DNA of 61,756 bases, counting the filler, from Actinomycetales bacterium (GTDB lineage Bacteria > Actinomycetota > Actinomycetes > Actinomycetales > CAVURS01), in the NCBI GenBank assembly GCA_045807245.1. It is 3 parts of 3 records of this genome, joined end to end, with 100 filler letters (N's around TTAATTAATTAA, not from the genome) between each part and the next. Parts side by side here need not be neighbours in the genome. Positions count along the whole stretch, not along the records: positions 31,263 to 44,678 come from JBJMHS010000057.1; 2 more parts are not named here. One strand, written 5' to 3'. How positions within the stretch are numbered: the stretch's first letter is position 1; each line of letters opens with the position of its first letter. The notes under the pieces are model-generated. The model did no database searches. It worked only from the letters and a program-made list of their open reading frames with translations, and was not told the DNA's origin. This document shows, one piece after another, positions 35,102-44,778 of this stretch. Both the position numbers and the translations under genes were made by a program.

Positions 35102-35911
35102 TCAGTGACCGCCGGGGTGCGTCGTGGGGGACCCCTGCGGGTGGTCGGCCTTGCTCGGGTGCGACGTCGGAGAACCATGGCCCTTGGGCGGGGTCGGCGA
35201 GCCGTGGCCGGGGTGCGACGTGGGCGAGCCGGAGCCGTGCGTCGACCCGCGGCCCGGTGTGGGCACCGTCGCGCAGTACGCCTTGATGCCGTCCGCTCCA
35301 CCGGCAGCGGCGGCGAGGTTGCGGTAGGAGACCGACGTCGTCGCCAGGCCGCCGTGCGACCAGGCGTTGCACAGGCCGAAAGCGGCCGGCCCGGTCGCGT
35401 CGGGACCGACGCCGTTCGTCTTGGTCGACGTCGCGGTCGGGCTCTCGGTCGACGTGCCGGTAGGACTGCCGGTCGGCGTCCCGCTGGGCCCATCGGTGGC
35501 CTCGTCCGAGCCCTGGTCGCCCTCAGCCGGCGCGCCGATCACCGAGTGCGCGGCCCGCTGGAGCGGGCCGGGCAAGGAGCCGGTGTAGGCCGCGGCACCG
35601 GTCGCGGCGGCGAGGACGACGATGCCGGCGACGGCGGCGGCCCGGGCGCCGATCACGACGGTCCGAACGGGCACTCCATGCGGGGTGCTGACCTGGTCGA
35701 ACGCCGCCAGGTAGGCCTCCCGCTGGCCGAGCTCAGCCGGCGCAGCCGGGGCGCGAAGGGCATCGACGAGTCCCTGCATCCGGACCCGCTCCCGGTCGGG
35801 CGTCCCGCCGGGCAGTTCCACTCCGGACATGAGGCGGTCGACCAGCCACAGGTCTGGCTGTTCGCCGTCGGTCCCGCCGCGGGGGTCGCGGGGGGCGCTC
35901 TGCTCGTCCAT
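35102..35911 (-). CDS. Membrane protein downstream of ECF sigma (anti-sigma-like or target)
   Basis: One TM helix, PT-rich linker, GPDATGPAAFGLC...YC motif, His/Pro-rich tail. Confidence 0.7.
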   Translation of the reverse strand: MDEQSAPRDPRGGTDGEQPDLWLVDRLMSGVELPGGTPDRERVRMQGLVDALRAPAAPAELGQREAYLAAFDQVSTPHGVPVRTVVIGARAAAVAGIVVLAAATGAAAYTGSLPGPLQRAAHSVIGAPAEGDQGSDEATDGPSGTPTGSPTGTSTESPTATSTKTNGVGPDATGPAAFGLCNAWSHGGLATTSVSYRNLAAAAGGADGIKAYCATVPTPGRGSTHGSGSPTSHPGHGSPTPPKGHGSPTSHPSKADHPQGSPTTHPGGH

Positions 35912-35919
35912 ACCCGGTC

Positions 35920-35946
35920 AACGCCGCCCGCGACGATCGCGTTACA
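35920..35946 (-). promoter_or_regulatory. Putative ECF-sigma promoter TGTAAC-N17-CGTT
   Basis: -35 overlaps the sigma gene TAA stop; -10 ends 8 nt before ATG 35911. Confidence 0.6.
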
Positions 35947-36511
35947 GACCGCCGTGCGTTGCTCCGTCCGGGTCCACCTGGCCGGCCAGCGCGCGCAGCC
36001 CGCGGTGCACAGCCACGCGCACGGCACCGGGCGACCGGCCGACGATCTGCGCGACCTGCGCGACGTCGAGACCGACCACGACCCGCAGCGCCACCATTTC
36101 CGCCGTCGCAGGCGGCAGCGAGGCCACCAGCCGCAGGGCCTGGTCGGTCGACAGCTGCTCGATGGCCAGCTCCGCGGTGTCCCCGGCCAACGGCAGGGCC
36201 TGGTCGTCGATCTCAGGACGCAGCCGCTCGGGCCGGCGGGTTGCCCGCCGTCGGACGTCGGCCAGGTGGTTGCGGGCGATGACGGCCAGCCAGCCCCGGA
36301 ACGACGGTTCGTCCCCGCTGAACGTCGCCAGCCCGCGCATCGCCTTCATCCAGGTCTCGGACGCGATGTCCTCGGCGTCCGGGCCGCAGACCACGCGCAG
36401 GTACCGGACGAGTCCGGGGTGGGCCGACTCCCACAGCCGAGCGAACGCCGGGCGGTCACCCGCGGCGGCGGCCCGGAGCACGCCGGCGAAGTCGTCGCCC
36501 AGTTCGTTCAC
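35942..36511 (-). CDS. ECF RNA polymerase sigma factor
   Basis: DAEDIASETW, FRGWLAVIARN (region 2); VAQIVGRSPGAVRVAVHRGL (region 4). Confidence 0.92.
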   Translation of the reverse strand: MNELGDDFAGVLRAAAAGDRPAFARLWESAHPGLVRYLRVVCGPDAEDIASETWMKAMRGLATFSGDEPSFRGWLAVIARNHLADVRRRATRRPERLRPEIDDQALPLAGDTAELAIEQLSTDQALRLVASLPPATAEMVALRVVVGLDVAQVAQIVGRSPGAVRVAVHRGLRALAGQVDPDGATHGGL

Positions 36512-36514
36512 GCG

Positions 36515-37042
36515 TCATAGGTTGACACCGAACAGTGCCGGCTGCTCAAGGTCCAGTAAGTACCGCTTGCGGGGCAGGCCGCCACCGAAGCCGGTGAGCG
36601 TGCCGTCGGCGCCGATGACGCGGTGGCACGGGATGACGACCGGGATCGGGTTGCGGCCGTTGGCCAGGCCGACCGCCCGTGAGGCCGACGGGCTCTTGCC
36701 GATGGCCCCGGCCAGCTCGCCGTACGACCACGTCTCGCCGTACGGGATGGTGCTCAGCGCGGCCCAGACCTGCTCCTGGAACGGCGTACCGACCGGACCG
36801 AGCGGGAGGTCGAACGCGTGCCGCTCACCGTCGAAATAGGCCTCCAGCTGGGCTGCGGTCTCCCGCAGCACCGGGTCGTCGTCGTCGCGGAACGCGCCGA
36901 GCCGGTCGGCCACGTCGCTGAGCGAGGGCCCCGGTCGCTCGGCGCAGGGACTGAACCAGATGCCGCGCAGGAAGCCGTCCGACGTGGTGAGCAGGAGGTC
37001 GTCGATCGGACTCTCGACGACGGTCCACACCAGGGAGGTCAC
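36515..37042 (-). CDS. ogt: Methylated-DNA-protein-cysteine methyltransferase
   Basis: [26 protein letters not shown] active site. Confidence 0.93.
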   Translation of the reverse strand: MTSLVWTVVESPIDDLLLTTSDGFLRGIWFSPCAERPGPSLSDVADRLGAFRDDDDPVLRETAAQLEAYFDGERHAFDLPLGPVGTPFQEQVWAALSTIPYGETWSYGELAGAIGKSPSASRAVGLANGRNPIPVVIPCHRVIGADGTLTGFGGGLPRKRYLLDLEQPALFGVNL

Positions 37043-37947
37043 CCGTCGAGTCTGCCCTCGCCCACCGACAGTGGCGTGCCTCCCAGCCGGCCCTCGAGGT
37101 AGGCGAACCACAGATGCATGAGGGCCAGGCTCCGGTACGGCGACCACGGCGCCGACCGGGTTGCCGCGGACCGTGGGTCGCCGGGCAGGCCGTGCGCCTC
37201 CAGGACGCGCCGGACGGCCAGGTCGGTGGGCATGAAGGCGTCCGGGTCCCGACCGGCCCGCAGAGCCTGGTACGCCGCGGTCCAGGGCCCGATCCCCGGC
37301 AGGGCCAGCAGACGGGGCGCGGCGTCAGCCGTTCCGGCGGCGACCCACTCACCCTGCTCCGCGACGGCTCGGCCGATGCCGACGATGCTGCGGCCCCGCG
37401 CGAGCGGCATGGGCAGGTCGGCCGGGTCGATCGCGGCGAGGACCTCGGCGGAAGGGAAGCAGTGGGTCAGCCCGTCGCGAACCATCCTGCGCGGCAACGG
37501 TTCCCCGTACTTACGCACGAGGCGGCCGCTCAGCGTGCGAGCGCCGGCTAAGGAGATCTGCTGCCCGATGACCGTCTCGACCAGTGTCTCCACAGGGTCG
37601 ACGGTGCCAGGGACCCGGATCCCTTGTCGCGAGGCCACGTCGAGCACGCGGTCGTCGGCCAAGTGGGCCAGCGCCGGCCGGGGGTCGGCGTCGAGGTCGA
37701 GCAGGCGCGCCAGCCGGGCCAGGGCTTCGGGCTCGTCGGACGCGCTGCTCAGCTGCAGCTCCGCGTCGAACCCGGCCCCGGCCGGCGTGAGGCGCACCAC
37801 GCCTGGTCCGCCCGGGAGCCGCAGCACCCGGGCGTAGGCCGCCGGGCCGCCGTCGAACGACTCGAGACCGGGCGTGCTGTGCCGGCCCAGGAACCAGAGC
37901 ATCCGGCGCGCGTCGTACGGCTGGTGCACCGGCAGGAGCTGCGGCAC
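37039..37947 (-). CDS. alkA: DNA-3-methyladenine glycosylase II
   Basis: IGQQIS, LPGIGPWTA (HhH), DAFMPTDL, WSPYRS. Confidence 0.9.
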   Translation of the reverse strand: MPQLLPVHQPYDARRMLWFLGRHSTPGLESFDGGPAAYARVLRLPGGPGVVRLTPAGAGFDAELQLSSASDEPEALARLARLLDLDADPRPALAHLADDRVLDVASRQGIRVPGTVDPVETLVETVIGQQISLAGARTLSGRLVRKYGEPLPRRMVRDGLTHCFPSAEVLAAIDPADLPMPLARGRSIVGIGRAVAEQGEWVAAGTADAAPRLLALPGIGPWTAAYQALRAGRDPDAFMPTDLAVRRVLEAHGLPGDPRSAATRSAPWSPYRSLALMHLWFAYLEGRLGGTPLSVGEGRLDG

Positions 37948-38781
37948 CTACCCGTAGATCGCGCTCGGCGGGCCCATCGCGATGACCGGCGACTTGGCCA
38001 GGTCGAACCAGCGCAGCAGCCAGACGATCGTCGCCGGATGGCTGTTGACGCAGCCGAGGGTGTACCCGTGGGGCCCGGTGGTGCCGTAACAGTGCAGGAA
38101 GATTGCGCTGCCCAGACGGGTGTCGGCCGGCGCCGTGGCGACGTTCTGCCCGTCGGCCTGACGGTGCACGCCGCCGGCCAGGTTGTAGTCGATGGCGGCG
38201 ACGTACTGGTACGCCGGCGTCACGTAGTACAGGTGCTCGGACTGGCTGGTCCGCCAGTTCGCCGTCGACGGGTGCGAGACCTGGAAAACGTTGTAGGTCT
38301 TGGGATCTCGCTGGTCCCCGGCCCAATAGTTGCTTGGTGTCAACTGTCGGTAACGCAGACCGCTGCCGGGGTCCGCAGACTTGCCGAAGGCGCGATGCAG
38401 CGGATAGACACCGACCGGCGTCTTGTGATCGCCCTGCACCCGCTGGGACCCGACCACCCAGCCGTTGATCCCGATGTTCGCGTTGTACGGCGCCATGACC
38501 ATCCGCCAGGTGCCGTCGCTGCCCAGGTCCCAGGCCTCGATCGTGCCGTGGATCTCGCGCCATCCGTTCGTGGTGACGATCACGACCTGGCGCGCCGACC
38601 CGATGCCCTCGAGGTTCAGCGGTCGCGGCGTCAGTACCGGTGGGCGGGGCGTCACGGTCCAGCCCCCGCCCGGGCCGCTCGACGCCGCGGCCGGGGCCGA
38701 CTTCCCTGCTGTCACCCCGGCGGCCGAGAGAGCTGCCGCACCGCCCAGGGCCAGCAGGGAACGACGAGTCGGCTCGGTCAC
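37948..38781 (-). CDS. Tat-secreted YkuD/L,D-transpeptidase-like protein
   Basis: TRRSLL Tat motif from GTG 38781; GDHKTPVG; GSAIFLH...TLGCV catalytic His/Cys. Confidence 0.82.
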   Translation of the reverse strand: MTEPTRRSLLALGGAAALSAAGVTAGKSAPAAASSGPGGGWTVTPRPPVLTPRPLNLEGIGSARQVVIVTTNGWREIHGTIEAWDLGSDGTWRMVMAPYNANIGINGWVVGSQRVQGDHKTPVGVYPLHRAFGKSADPGSGLRYRQLTPSNYWAGDQRDPKTYNVFQVSHPSTANWRTSQSEHLYYVTPAYQYVAAIDYNLAGGVHRQADGQNVATAPADTRLGSAIFLHCYGTTGPHGYTLGCVNSHPATIVWLLRWFDLAKSPVIAMGPPSAIYG

Positions 38782-38827
38782 CTCACTTGTGTACACCACG
38801 GGTGCGCGCCGGCGATGCGCCCAGAGG

Positions 38828-38874
38828 GACGAAAGAACCCCCACTGGTCCGGAGACCGGTGGGGGTTCTTCGTC
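38828..38874 (-). terminator. Terminator downstream of cold-shock gene
   Basis: Stem AAGAACCCCCAC(T/C)GGTC...GACCGGTGGGGGTTCTT with TTCTTT tail on minus strand. Confidence 0.8.
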
Positions 38875-38918
38875 AGACCAGGGTGTCCGGTGGACCCGGC
38901 ACCCGGGAAGTCACCGGC

Positions 38919-39122
38919 TCAGAGCGGCCGGACCTGGTCGGCCTGCATGCCCTTCGGGCCTTGCGTGACCTCGAACTCGACGCGCTGGTTCTCCTCCAGG
39001 GTCCGGTAGCCGGACGTCTGGATGGCGGAGTAGTGCACGAACACGTCGGGCCCGCCGCCCTCAGGAGCGATGAAGCCGAAGCCCTTCTCGCTGTTGAACC
39101 ACTTGACTGTTCCCGTGGCCAT
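38919..39122 (-). CDS. Cold-shock protein (CspA family)
   Basis: [18 protein letters not shown]...DVFVHYSAI. Confidence 0.97.
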   Translation of the reverse strand: MATGTVKWFNSEKGFGFIAPEGGGPDVFVHYSAIQTSGYRTLEENQRVEFEVTQGPKGMQADQVRPL

Positions 39123-39344
39123 GGGGATCTCGCTCTCATGTAAAGGCCGGTCGACACCCGCACCTCGCGGATACCGGGCTGCCGCCGCCCTCCCAAGGGG
39201 AGATCTTCAGACACTGCTGAGCGTCCGCGAATTACACTCCGCGGACGCTCATGACGTGCGAGGAACTGCAACTGCAACCGCGAGAACGCTAGCAGCCACA
39301 GCACGTCATGAAAACATTCCGAGACAGAAAGGGGCTGACCGCAC

Positions 39345-40355
39345 ATGGCCACCAGCGACCAGCAGGCGCCGTCCGAGGGCCGCATCCGTTGGGGGGTCAT
39401 CGGCACCGGCGGCATCGCCGGCAAGTTCGCCAAGGACCTCCAGCTCCTGCCCGACGCCGAGCTGGTCGCCGTGGGATCCCGCGCGCAGGCCACGGCGGAC
39501 GCCTTCGGCGACACGTGGGGAGCGCCGCGCCGCTACCCGTCGTACGCGGAGCTGGTCGGGGACCCCGACGTGGACGCGGTCTACGTCTCCACCCCGCACC
39601 CGATGCACCGCGACGACGCGCTGCTCGCAATCGAGGCCGGCAAGGCGGTGCTGTGCGAGAAGGCCTTCACGATCAACGCGGCGCAGGCCCGTGAGCTGGT
39701 CGAGGCCGCCCGCGCTCGCGGGGTGTTCCTGATGGAGGCGATGTGGACGCGCTTCTTGCCGCACATGGTCAAGGTCCGCGAGGTGATCGCCTCGGGCGTC
39801 CTCGGCTCGATCCGCTCGGTCTACGCGGACCACGGCCAGTGGTTCGAGGAAGACCCGGACTTCCGGCTGTTCGCATCCGTGCTCGGCGGCGGCGCGTTGC
39901 TGGACCTCGGTGTGTACCCGATCTCGTTCGCCTCGATGGTCCTGGGCCCGCCGGCCAGGGTCACGGCGGTGAGCGATCCGGCGTTCACCGGAGTCGACGC
40001 GCAGACGTCGATGATCCTCCAGTACGACGGCGGTGCGCAGGCCGTGTTGACCTGCACCCTCGAGGCGCGCTCCACGGTGCGGGCGGCGGTCATCGGCACC
40101 GACGGACGGATCGAGATCGACTGGGTCTGGTACCAGCCGACGACCTTCCGGGTCATCACCCGGGCGGGCGAGGTCACCGAGTACGACGAGCCGTGCGAGC
40201 CGCGCGGCATGCAGCACGAGGCGGCCGAGGTCGGGCGGTGCCTGCGCTCCGGGCTGCTGGAGAGCCCGACGCTGCCCCTCGACGAGACGGTCTCGATCAT
40301 GGAGACCATGGATGAGGTACGACGCCAGATCGGTTTGCGCTATCCGGGCGAGTAG
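39345..40355 (+). CDS. Gfo/Idh/MocA-family oxidoreductase
   Basis: GTGGIA, LCEKAF, MEAMWTRFLP, GGALLDLGVY. Confidence 0.92.
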   Translation: MATSDQQAPSEGRIRWGVIGTGGIAGKFAKDLQLLPDAELVAVGSRAQATADAFGDTWGAPRRYPSYAELVGDPDVDAVYVSTPHPMHRDDALLAIEAGKAVLCEKAFTINAAQARELVEAARARGVFLMEAMWTRFLPHMVKVREVIASGVLGSIRSVYADHGQWFEEDPDFRLFASVLGGGALLDLGVYPISFASMVLGPPARVTAVSDPAFTGVDAQTSMILQYDGGAQAVLTCTLEARSTVRAAVIGTDGRIEIDWVWYQPTTFRVITRAGEVTEYDEPCEPRGMQHEAAEVGRCLRSGLLESPTLPLDETVSIMETMDEVRRQIGLRYPGE

Positions 40356-40374
40356 ATCGGCGTAGTAGTTCGGT

Positions 40375-41268
40375 TCAGAGGCTCAGCGCCCGCATCGCCA
40401 TGAGCACCGCCGTGACCCGCGGCACCTCGTGCGTGCGGAACACCGTCGTACCGCCCAGGTAGGCCAAGACGGAGAAGAAGCCCTCCGCGACCCGGAACTC
40501 GTCCTCGAACAGGTCGAACGCGTGCGGGATGGCATGACAGACCGGCAGCCCCAGCGAGCTGAGCCGGAAGGTGTTCAACAGCACCCTCGTCTGGTGCGCC
40601 ACGCGGACGTCAGGTTCGGTGAGGTTGGCGTAGTAGAACCCCATGGCCGGGTCCAGGATGATCCGCTCGACCCCATGCCGGCGCGCCAGCTCGACCCGGG
40701 CGGTGAAATGCTCGAGCAGCTCCGGCACCGGGTCCTGGTCCAACGGCACGTCGCTGACGTCCCGGACGTTGCCCCCCGTCACCCGGCACAGCAGGAGGGT
40801 GGCGGTGTGCCGGGCGACGAGGTCGAACATCGCCTCCTGCGTGTCGTGTCCGGTGTAGTTGACCATCACCGCGCCGAGGCTCAGGCAGACCTCTGCAACC
40901 TCGGGGACGTAGGTCTCGACCGACACCTGCACGCCGTCGGCCGCGAGAGCGCGAACGACTGGTGACAACAGCGCGATCTGCTCGTCCGCGGCGACGCGGC
41001 GGGCCTTGGCGGTGCTGGACTCGGCCCCGATATCGACCACGTCCGCGCCCTGGGCAGCCAGTACCCGGCCGCGCCGGATCGCCGAATCTGCCGACACGGC
41101 AACGCTTTCGCGGTACGTCGAGTCACGAGACAGGTTGATGGTGCCGAGGACGAGCGGTCGGTCGTCGACGTCGTACGAACGCTCGCCAACGCGCAGGGGA
41201 CCGACCCGGGTGCCAGCCTCCGAGCGGTGCTGCTGGTAGAGGTCGGCGAGCGCCGCGAGAGAGATCAC
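40375..41268 (-). CDS. Divergent dihydropteroate synthase-like (pterin-binding) protein
   Basis: GTINLSRDS, DVVDIGAES, ILDPAMGF, FRTHEV; canonical SRK motif absent. Confidence 0.8.
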   Translation of the reverse strand: MISLAALADLYQQHRSEAGTRVGPLRVGERSYDVDDRPLVLGTINLSRDSTYRESVAVSADSAIRRGRVLAAQGADVVDIGAESSTAKARRVAADEQIALLSPVVRALAADGVQVSVETYVPEVAEVCLSLGAVMVNYTGHDTQEAMFDLVARHTATLLLCRVTGGNVRDVSDVPLDQDPVPELLEHFTARVELARRHGVERIILDPAMGFYYANLTEPDVRVAHQTRVLLNTFRLSSLGLPVCHAIPHAFDLFEDEFRVAEGFFSVLAYLGGTTVFRTHEVPRVTAVLMAMRALSL

Positions 41269-42032
41269 GCCTCATCCTCGCCGACGCCCCGCGTCGTCCG
41301 CGTGGCGACGTACCGCGTCAAGAGGAAGCCGTCGTCGTCGACGAGCACCTGGGCCAAGGCGAAGGGCGAGGGCGCCGGCAGGACCGTTCCGGTGGGCAGC
41401 TGCCCGCCGCCCGTGAACAGGGGCGACAGCGTGATGTCGGCCTCGTCGACCAGACCCGCGCGGGCGATTCCCCCGAGCAGCCGCGGGCCGCCCTCGCAGA
41501 CAACGCGCTCGAGACCACGTTCCGCTAAAGCGGTCAGCATCGCGCCCGGGTCGACGAATACGCCCGGGAGCGCGATGACGTCGGCCACCTGCTGCGCCAC
41601 GGTGAGGCGGTCGCCGTGGGCCGTCTCTGTCGTCACGACGATGGGCCGGAACGTGGACTCCGCGAAGGCCGGCTCCTCCCACGGCAGGTCGAGCGAGGCG
41701 CTGACGATAGCCAGGCGCGGCGCCGCGGCCAAGCCGGCTGCCGCCCGGGCGCTTTCGTCCTCCGGTCGGGCCCGCATCGGACGGTAACGCTCCACGCGGA
41801 ACGTGCCGGCCCCGATCAGCACCACGTCGGCCAGGCGGCGGGTCGTGGCCAGGACCTCGCGGTCGGCTGGTGAGGAGATCGACCGGCTGCGCCCGTCCGG
41901 ACCGACCGGCGAGCCGTCCAGGGTCGCAACCATCATCGCCCGCAGCCAGCGGCCGCGCTCGGGCCACGGGTAGAGCTCGACCAGCTCCCCCGGCGCGACC
42001 GGGCCGAGGTGCTCTCCGACGACGACACGCAT
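41265..42032 (-). CDS. RibD C-terminal/DHFR-like reductase
   Basis: MVATLDG, DVVLIGAGT, CEGGPRL, VDEADITLSP; stop overlaps next start. Confidence 0.88.
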   Translation of the reverse strand: MRVVVGEHLGPVAPGELVELYPWPERGRWLRAMMVATLDGSPVGPDGRSRSISSPADREVLATTRRLADVVLIGAGTFRVERYRPMRARPEDESARAAAGLAAAPRLAIVSASLDLPWEEPAFAESTFRPIVVTTETAHGDRLTVAQQVADVIALPGVFVDPGAMLTALAERGLERVVCEGGPRLLGGIARAGLVDEADITLSPLFTGGGQLPTGTVLPAPSPFALAQVLVDDDGFLLTRYVATRTTRGVGEDEA

Positions 42033-42093
42033 GCCTACATCTTGGCGCGCCGCCGTGGTGCTTGGGGCCGGACCAGAGCCGTGCTGAACGGCG

Positions 42094-43668
42094 TCAGTGC
42101 GGGCACAGGCCGAGAGGCAGGGTGCAGATGGTGTCGTGCAGGGTGCCGCCGAGCGAGCCCGAGCCGGAGCTGCCGGTCACCACCCCGGTCAGCCCGCCGA
42201 CCGTGTCACCGGCGGTCGAGCCGACCGTGCTTACCGTCTTCGTCACGGTGTCGACCGTCTTGTCGACGGTGGCGCCCACAGTCGCGCCAACGGAGCCCAC
42301 GGTCGTCCCGCTCGACCCGCCGGACCCACTGCCGGAAGCGCCCGTCCCGCCGGAGCCGCCCGACGGTTCACCCGAGCCCGTCACGTTCGACCCGCCACTG
42401 TCCGGGACCGGTACGCCGCTCGCGACCGGTCGGCGCGAACCCGACGTGCCGGTCCGACGTACCCGACCACCCGCACCGGTGCCGCTCGTGACCGCGGACT
42501 TGGCAGTGCCCTGGTCGGCCGTCGGCGTGAGCACCTTGACCGATGCCGGGGGCCGGTGGGTCGGGCTCGCCGCCGCGGCGCCGGCGGGCAGCGCACCGAC
42601 GACCACCGCGACGGCAGTCAGCCCGGCCGCGCCCGAAGCCGTCGCCGTCGTCGCGGCCGCGACGTCGGCGACGCGCGTTGTGCCTTGACCGAGCCAGCGC
42701 AGGAACGGGACGTTGACCAGGAAGGCGAGCGGGCCGACCGACCAGAGCAGCCGGGGCAGCGCGATGCGCAGGAAGGCGCGCACCATCACGGGGTCGAAAT
42801 GCGTTCCGGCACAATGGGTCAGCTCCGCCCGGGCGGAGAATGTCGAACCCACCGCCTTGTACGACCGGGCAGCCGTCATGGTCTCGAACGCGTCCACGAC
42901 GGCGACCGCGCGGCCGGCCATGGAGATGTTCGCCGCAGCCAGCCCGCGTGGGTAACCGGAGCCGTCGTACCGCTCGTGATGTTCGGCGATCCCGTTGAAC
43001 CACGGGCCGAGCCAGCTCGCCAGCGGCGCCGCGAGCGCGGCCCCAGCCTCAGGGTGCCGCTTGATCTGGCGCCACTCGGCGTCGTTGAGCGATCCGGGCT
43101 TGTTGAGGACGACCGCGGCGACCTCGAGCTTGCCGATGTCGTGGATGAGCGCCGACCAGCGCAGACGCCCCGCATCGGCAGCCGACAGCTCCAGCTGGCG
43201 GGAGAGCAGGTCGCAGAACAGGCGGACGCGTTCGCTGTGCCCACGGGTACGGCGGTCGTGCCGTCCCAGCGCGGTGACCAGCGCCAGCATCGTCTCGGCG
43301 GCTTCGTGCTCGGTGAGGTCCTTGCTGCCCAGCAGCCTGGTGATCTCGCGCATGCTGGTGGCGCGGCGGGCGACCTTGAGCCGGCTGGGCGCCCTGTCGG
43401 GGAACAGCATCGTCATCCGCAGCAGGACGACGAGCGGCAGCAGCCGCATGCTGAGCCGCGAGACGAGGAGCGACACGGCGATCGCCAGGGACATGGCGAC
43501 CAGGACTGCGGGCGCACGCGACAGGCCGTGCGTCAACACCGGCGCGAACGTGCGCACGACCAGCGTCGCCACGACGATGGGCGTTCCATAGGCGAGCAAC
43601 CGCACCCCCGCGGACAGCAACGGACGCGAGCGCCAGGCAGCGTCGGTCTGTACGGACTGGGCCGTCAT
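42094..43668 (-). CDS. Membrane HD-GYP phosphodiesterase
   Basis: TRGHSERV, HDIGK, HHERYDGSGYP, THFDP; TM helices on both sides; Gly/Ser/Thr tail. Confidence 0.9.
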   Translation of the reverse strand: MTAQSVQTDAAWRSRPLLSAGVRLLAYGTPIVVATLVVRTFAPVLTHGLSRAPAVLVAMSLAIAVSLLVSRLSMRLLPLVVLLRMTMLFPDRAPSRLKVARRATSMREITRLLGSKDLTEHEAAETMLALVTALGRHDRRTRGHSERVRLFCDLLSRQLELSAADAGRLRWSALIHDIGKLEVAAVVLNKPGSLNDAEWRQIKRHPEAGAALAAPLASWLGPWFNGIAEHHERYDGSGYPRGLAAANISMAGRAVAVVDAFETMTAARSYKAVGSTFSARAELTHCAGTHFDPVMVRAFLRIALPRLLWSVGPLAFLVNVPFLRWLGQGTTRVADVAAATTATASGAAGLTAVAVVVGALPAGAAAASPTHRPPASVKVLTPTADQGTAKSAVTSGTGAGGRVRRTGTSGSRRPVASGVPVPDSGGSNVTGSGEPSGGSGGTGASGSGSGGSSGTTVGSVGATVGATVDKTVDTVTKTVSTVGSTAGDTVGGLTGVVTGSSGSGSLGGTLHDTICTLPLGLCPH

Positions 43669-43783
43669 GTCCCTCCCCTCCCCAGTTCATCCCCGTGCAA
43701 CTATCCGGAGCCCGGTGGCCACCCGGGCACGCTTCGTAGGCGAACCGCCCGTTCGGCGCATTGAGCGCGTCCGAGTGCAGGGC

Positions 43784-44452
43784 TCAGAGGACGAGGCGAG
43801 CGCCGACCACGGCGACGGCGAGGCAGACCACGAAGAAGCCGGCCACCCATACGGCTGCCGGTACTCCGGTGAGCCGGGCCAGCTGGTCGGCATCCGACCC
43901 TTGCGCGCCCCGGCGCCCTCGACGCCGCCGGCGCGCGGCGTACAGACCGACCACTTCGCGCGGTCCAGCGAACAGCAGGAACCACGTGACCAGGTAGGCG
44001 AATCCGGCCTGCCACCTCGGCGGCAGCCACCAGGTCACCGCGAAGACCACGACGCCGCTGACCAGGACCGACCACGCGCCGAACCAGTTACGGACCTGGA
44101 CCACCATGAGGCCCAGCAGCCCGACCAGGCACCACAGCAACGCGGAGACATAGCCGGCGCGCAGCATCAGCGCAGCCGCCACCCCGAGCGCGGCCGACGC
44201 GGGATAGCCGGCCGCCAACATGGCCACCATGCCCGGTCCGCGCGGACGGCCGACGGACACGGTGACGCCCGAGCTGTCCGAGTGCAGCCGGATGCCGGCC
44301 AGCCTGCGGCCGGTCAGGAACGCCACAACCGCGTGCCCAGCCTCGTGCACGATCGTCGAGACGTGCCGGCTCACCGACCACGCCCGCGGGACGACCACGA
44401 GACACCCGGCAGCCGCCGCCGAGACGGCGACTACCCACGGGTCCGTGGTCAC
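43784..44452 (-). CDS. Peptidase M50B-like membrane protein
   Basis: HEAGH, AGYPA, SDADQLARLT; multiple TM helices; start approximate. Confidence 0.85.
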   Translation of the reverse strand: MTTDPWVVAVSAAAAGCLVVVPRAWSVSRHVSTIVHEAGHAVVAFLTGRRLAGIRLHSDSSGVTVSVGRPRGPGMVAMLAAGYPASAALGVAAALMLRAGYVSALLWCLVGLLGLMVVQVRNWFGAWSVLVSGVVVFAVTWWLPPRWQAGFAYLVTWFLLFAGPREVVGLYAARRRRRGRRGAQGSDADQLARLTGVPAAVWVAGFFVVCLAVAVVGARLVL

Positions 44453-44471
44453 CAAGTGGGCTGGCTGCGGA

Positions 44472-44678
44472 TCACGCTGCGGCGAGGGACAGCTCGTCCT
44501 TGGCCGGGTCGAGGTCGATCTGCACGGTCTGCCCGTCATGGACCTCGCCGGACAGGATCGCCCGGGCCAGCCGGTCGCCGATCTGCGTCTGCACCAACCG
44601 GCGCAGCGGGCGGGCGCCGTACGTCGGGTCGTAGCCGGTCATCGCCAGCCACTCCCGCGCCGCCGCGGACACCTGCAG
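44472..44678 (-). CDS. clpB: ClpB C-terminal fragment at contig end
   Basis: AAREWLAMTGYDPTYGARPLRRLVQTQIGDRLARAILSGEV, the ClpB D2-small domain. Confidence 0.88.
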   Translation of the reverse strand: MQVSAAAREWLAMTGYDPTYGARPLRRLVQTQIGDRLARAILSGEVHDGQTVQIDLDPAKDELSLAAA

Positions 44679-44778
44679 NNNNNNNNNNNNNNNNNNNNNN
44701 NNNNNNNNNNNNNNNNNNNNNNTTAATTAATTAANNNNNNNNNNNNNNNNNNNNNNNNNNNNNNNNNNNNNNNNNNNN
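44679..44778. other. Artificial contig spacer
   Basis: 100-bp N run containing TTAATTAATTAA. Confidence 0.98.

Noticed and set aside
39123..39290. Structured cold-shock 5' UTR as a novel ncRNA
   Set aside because: Long leaders are expected for csp genes, and I cannot define a specific structure by eye.
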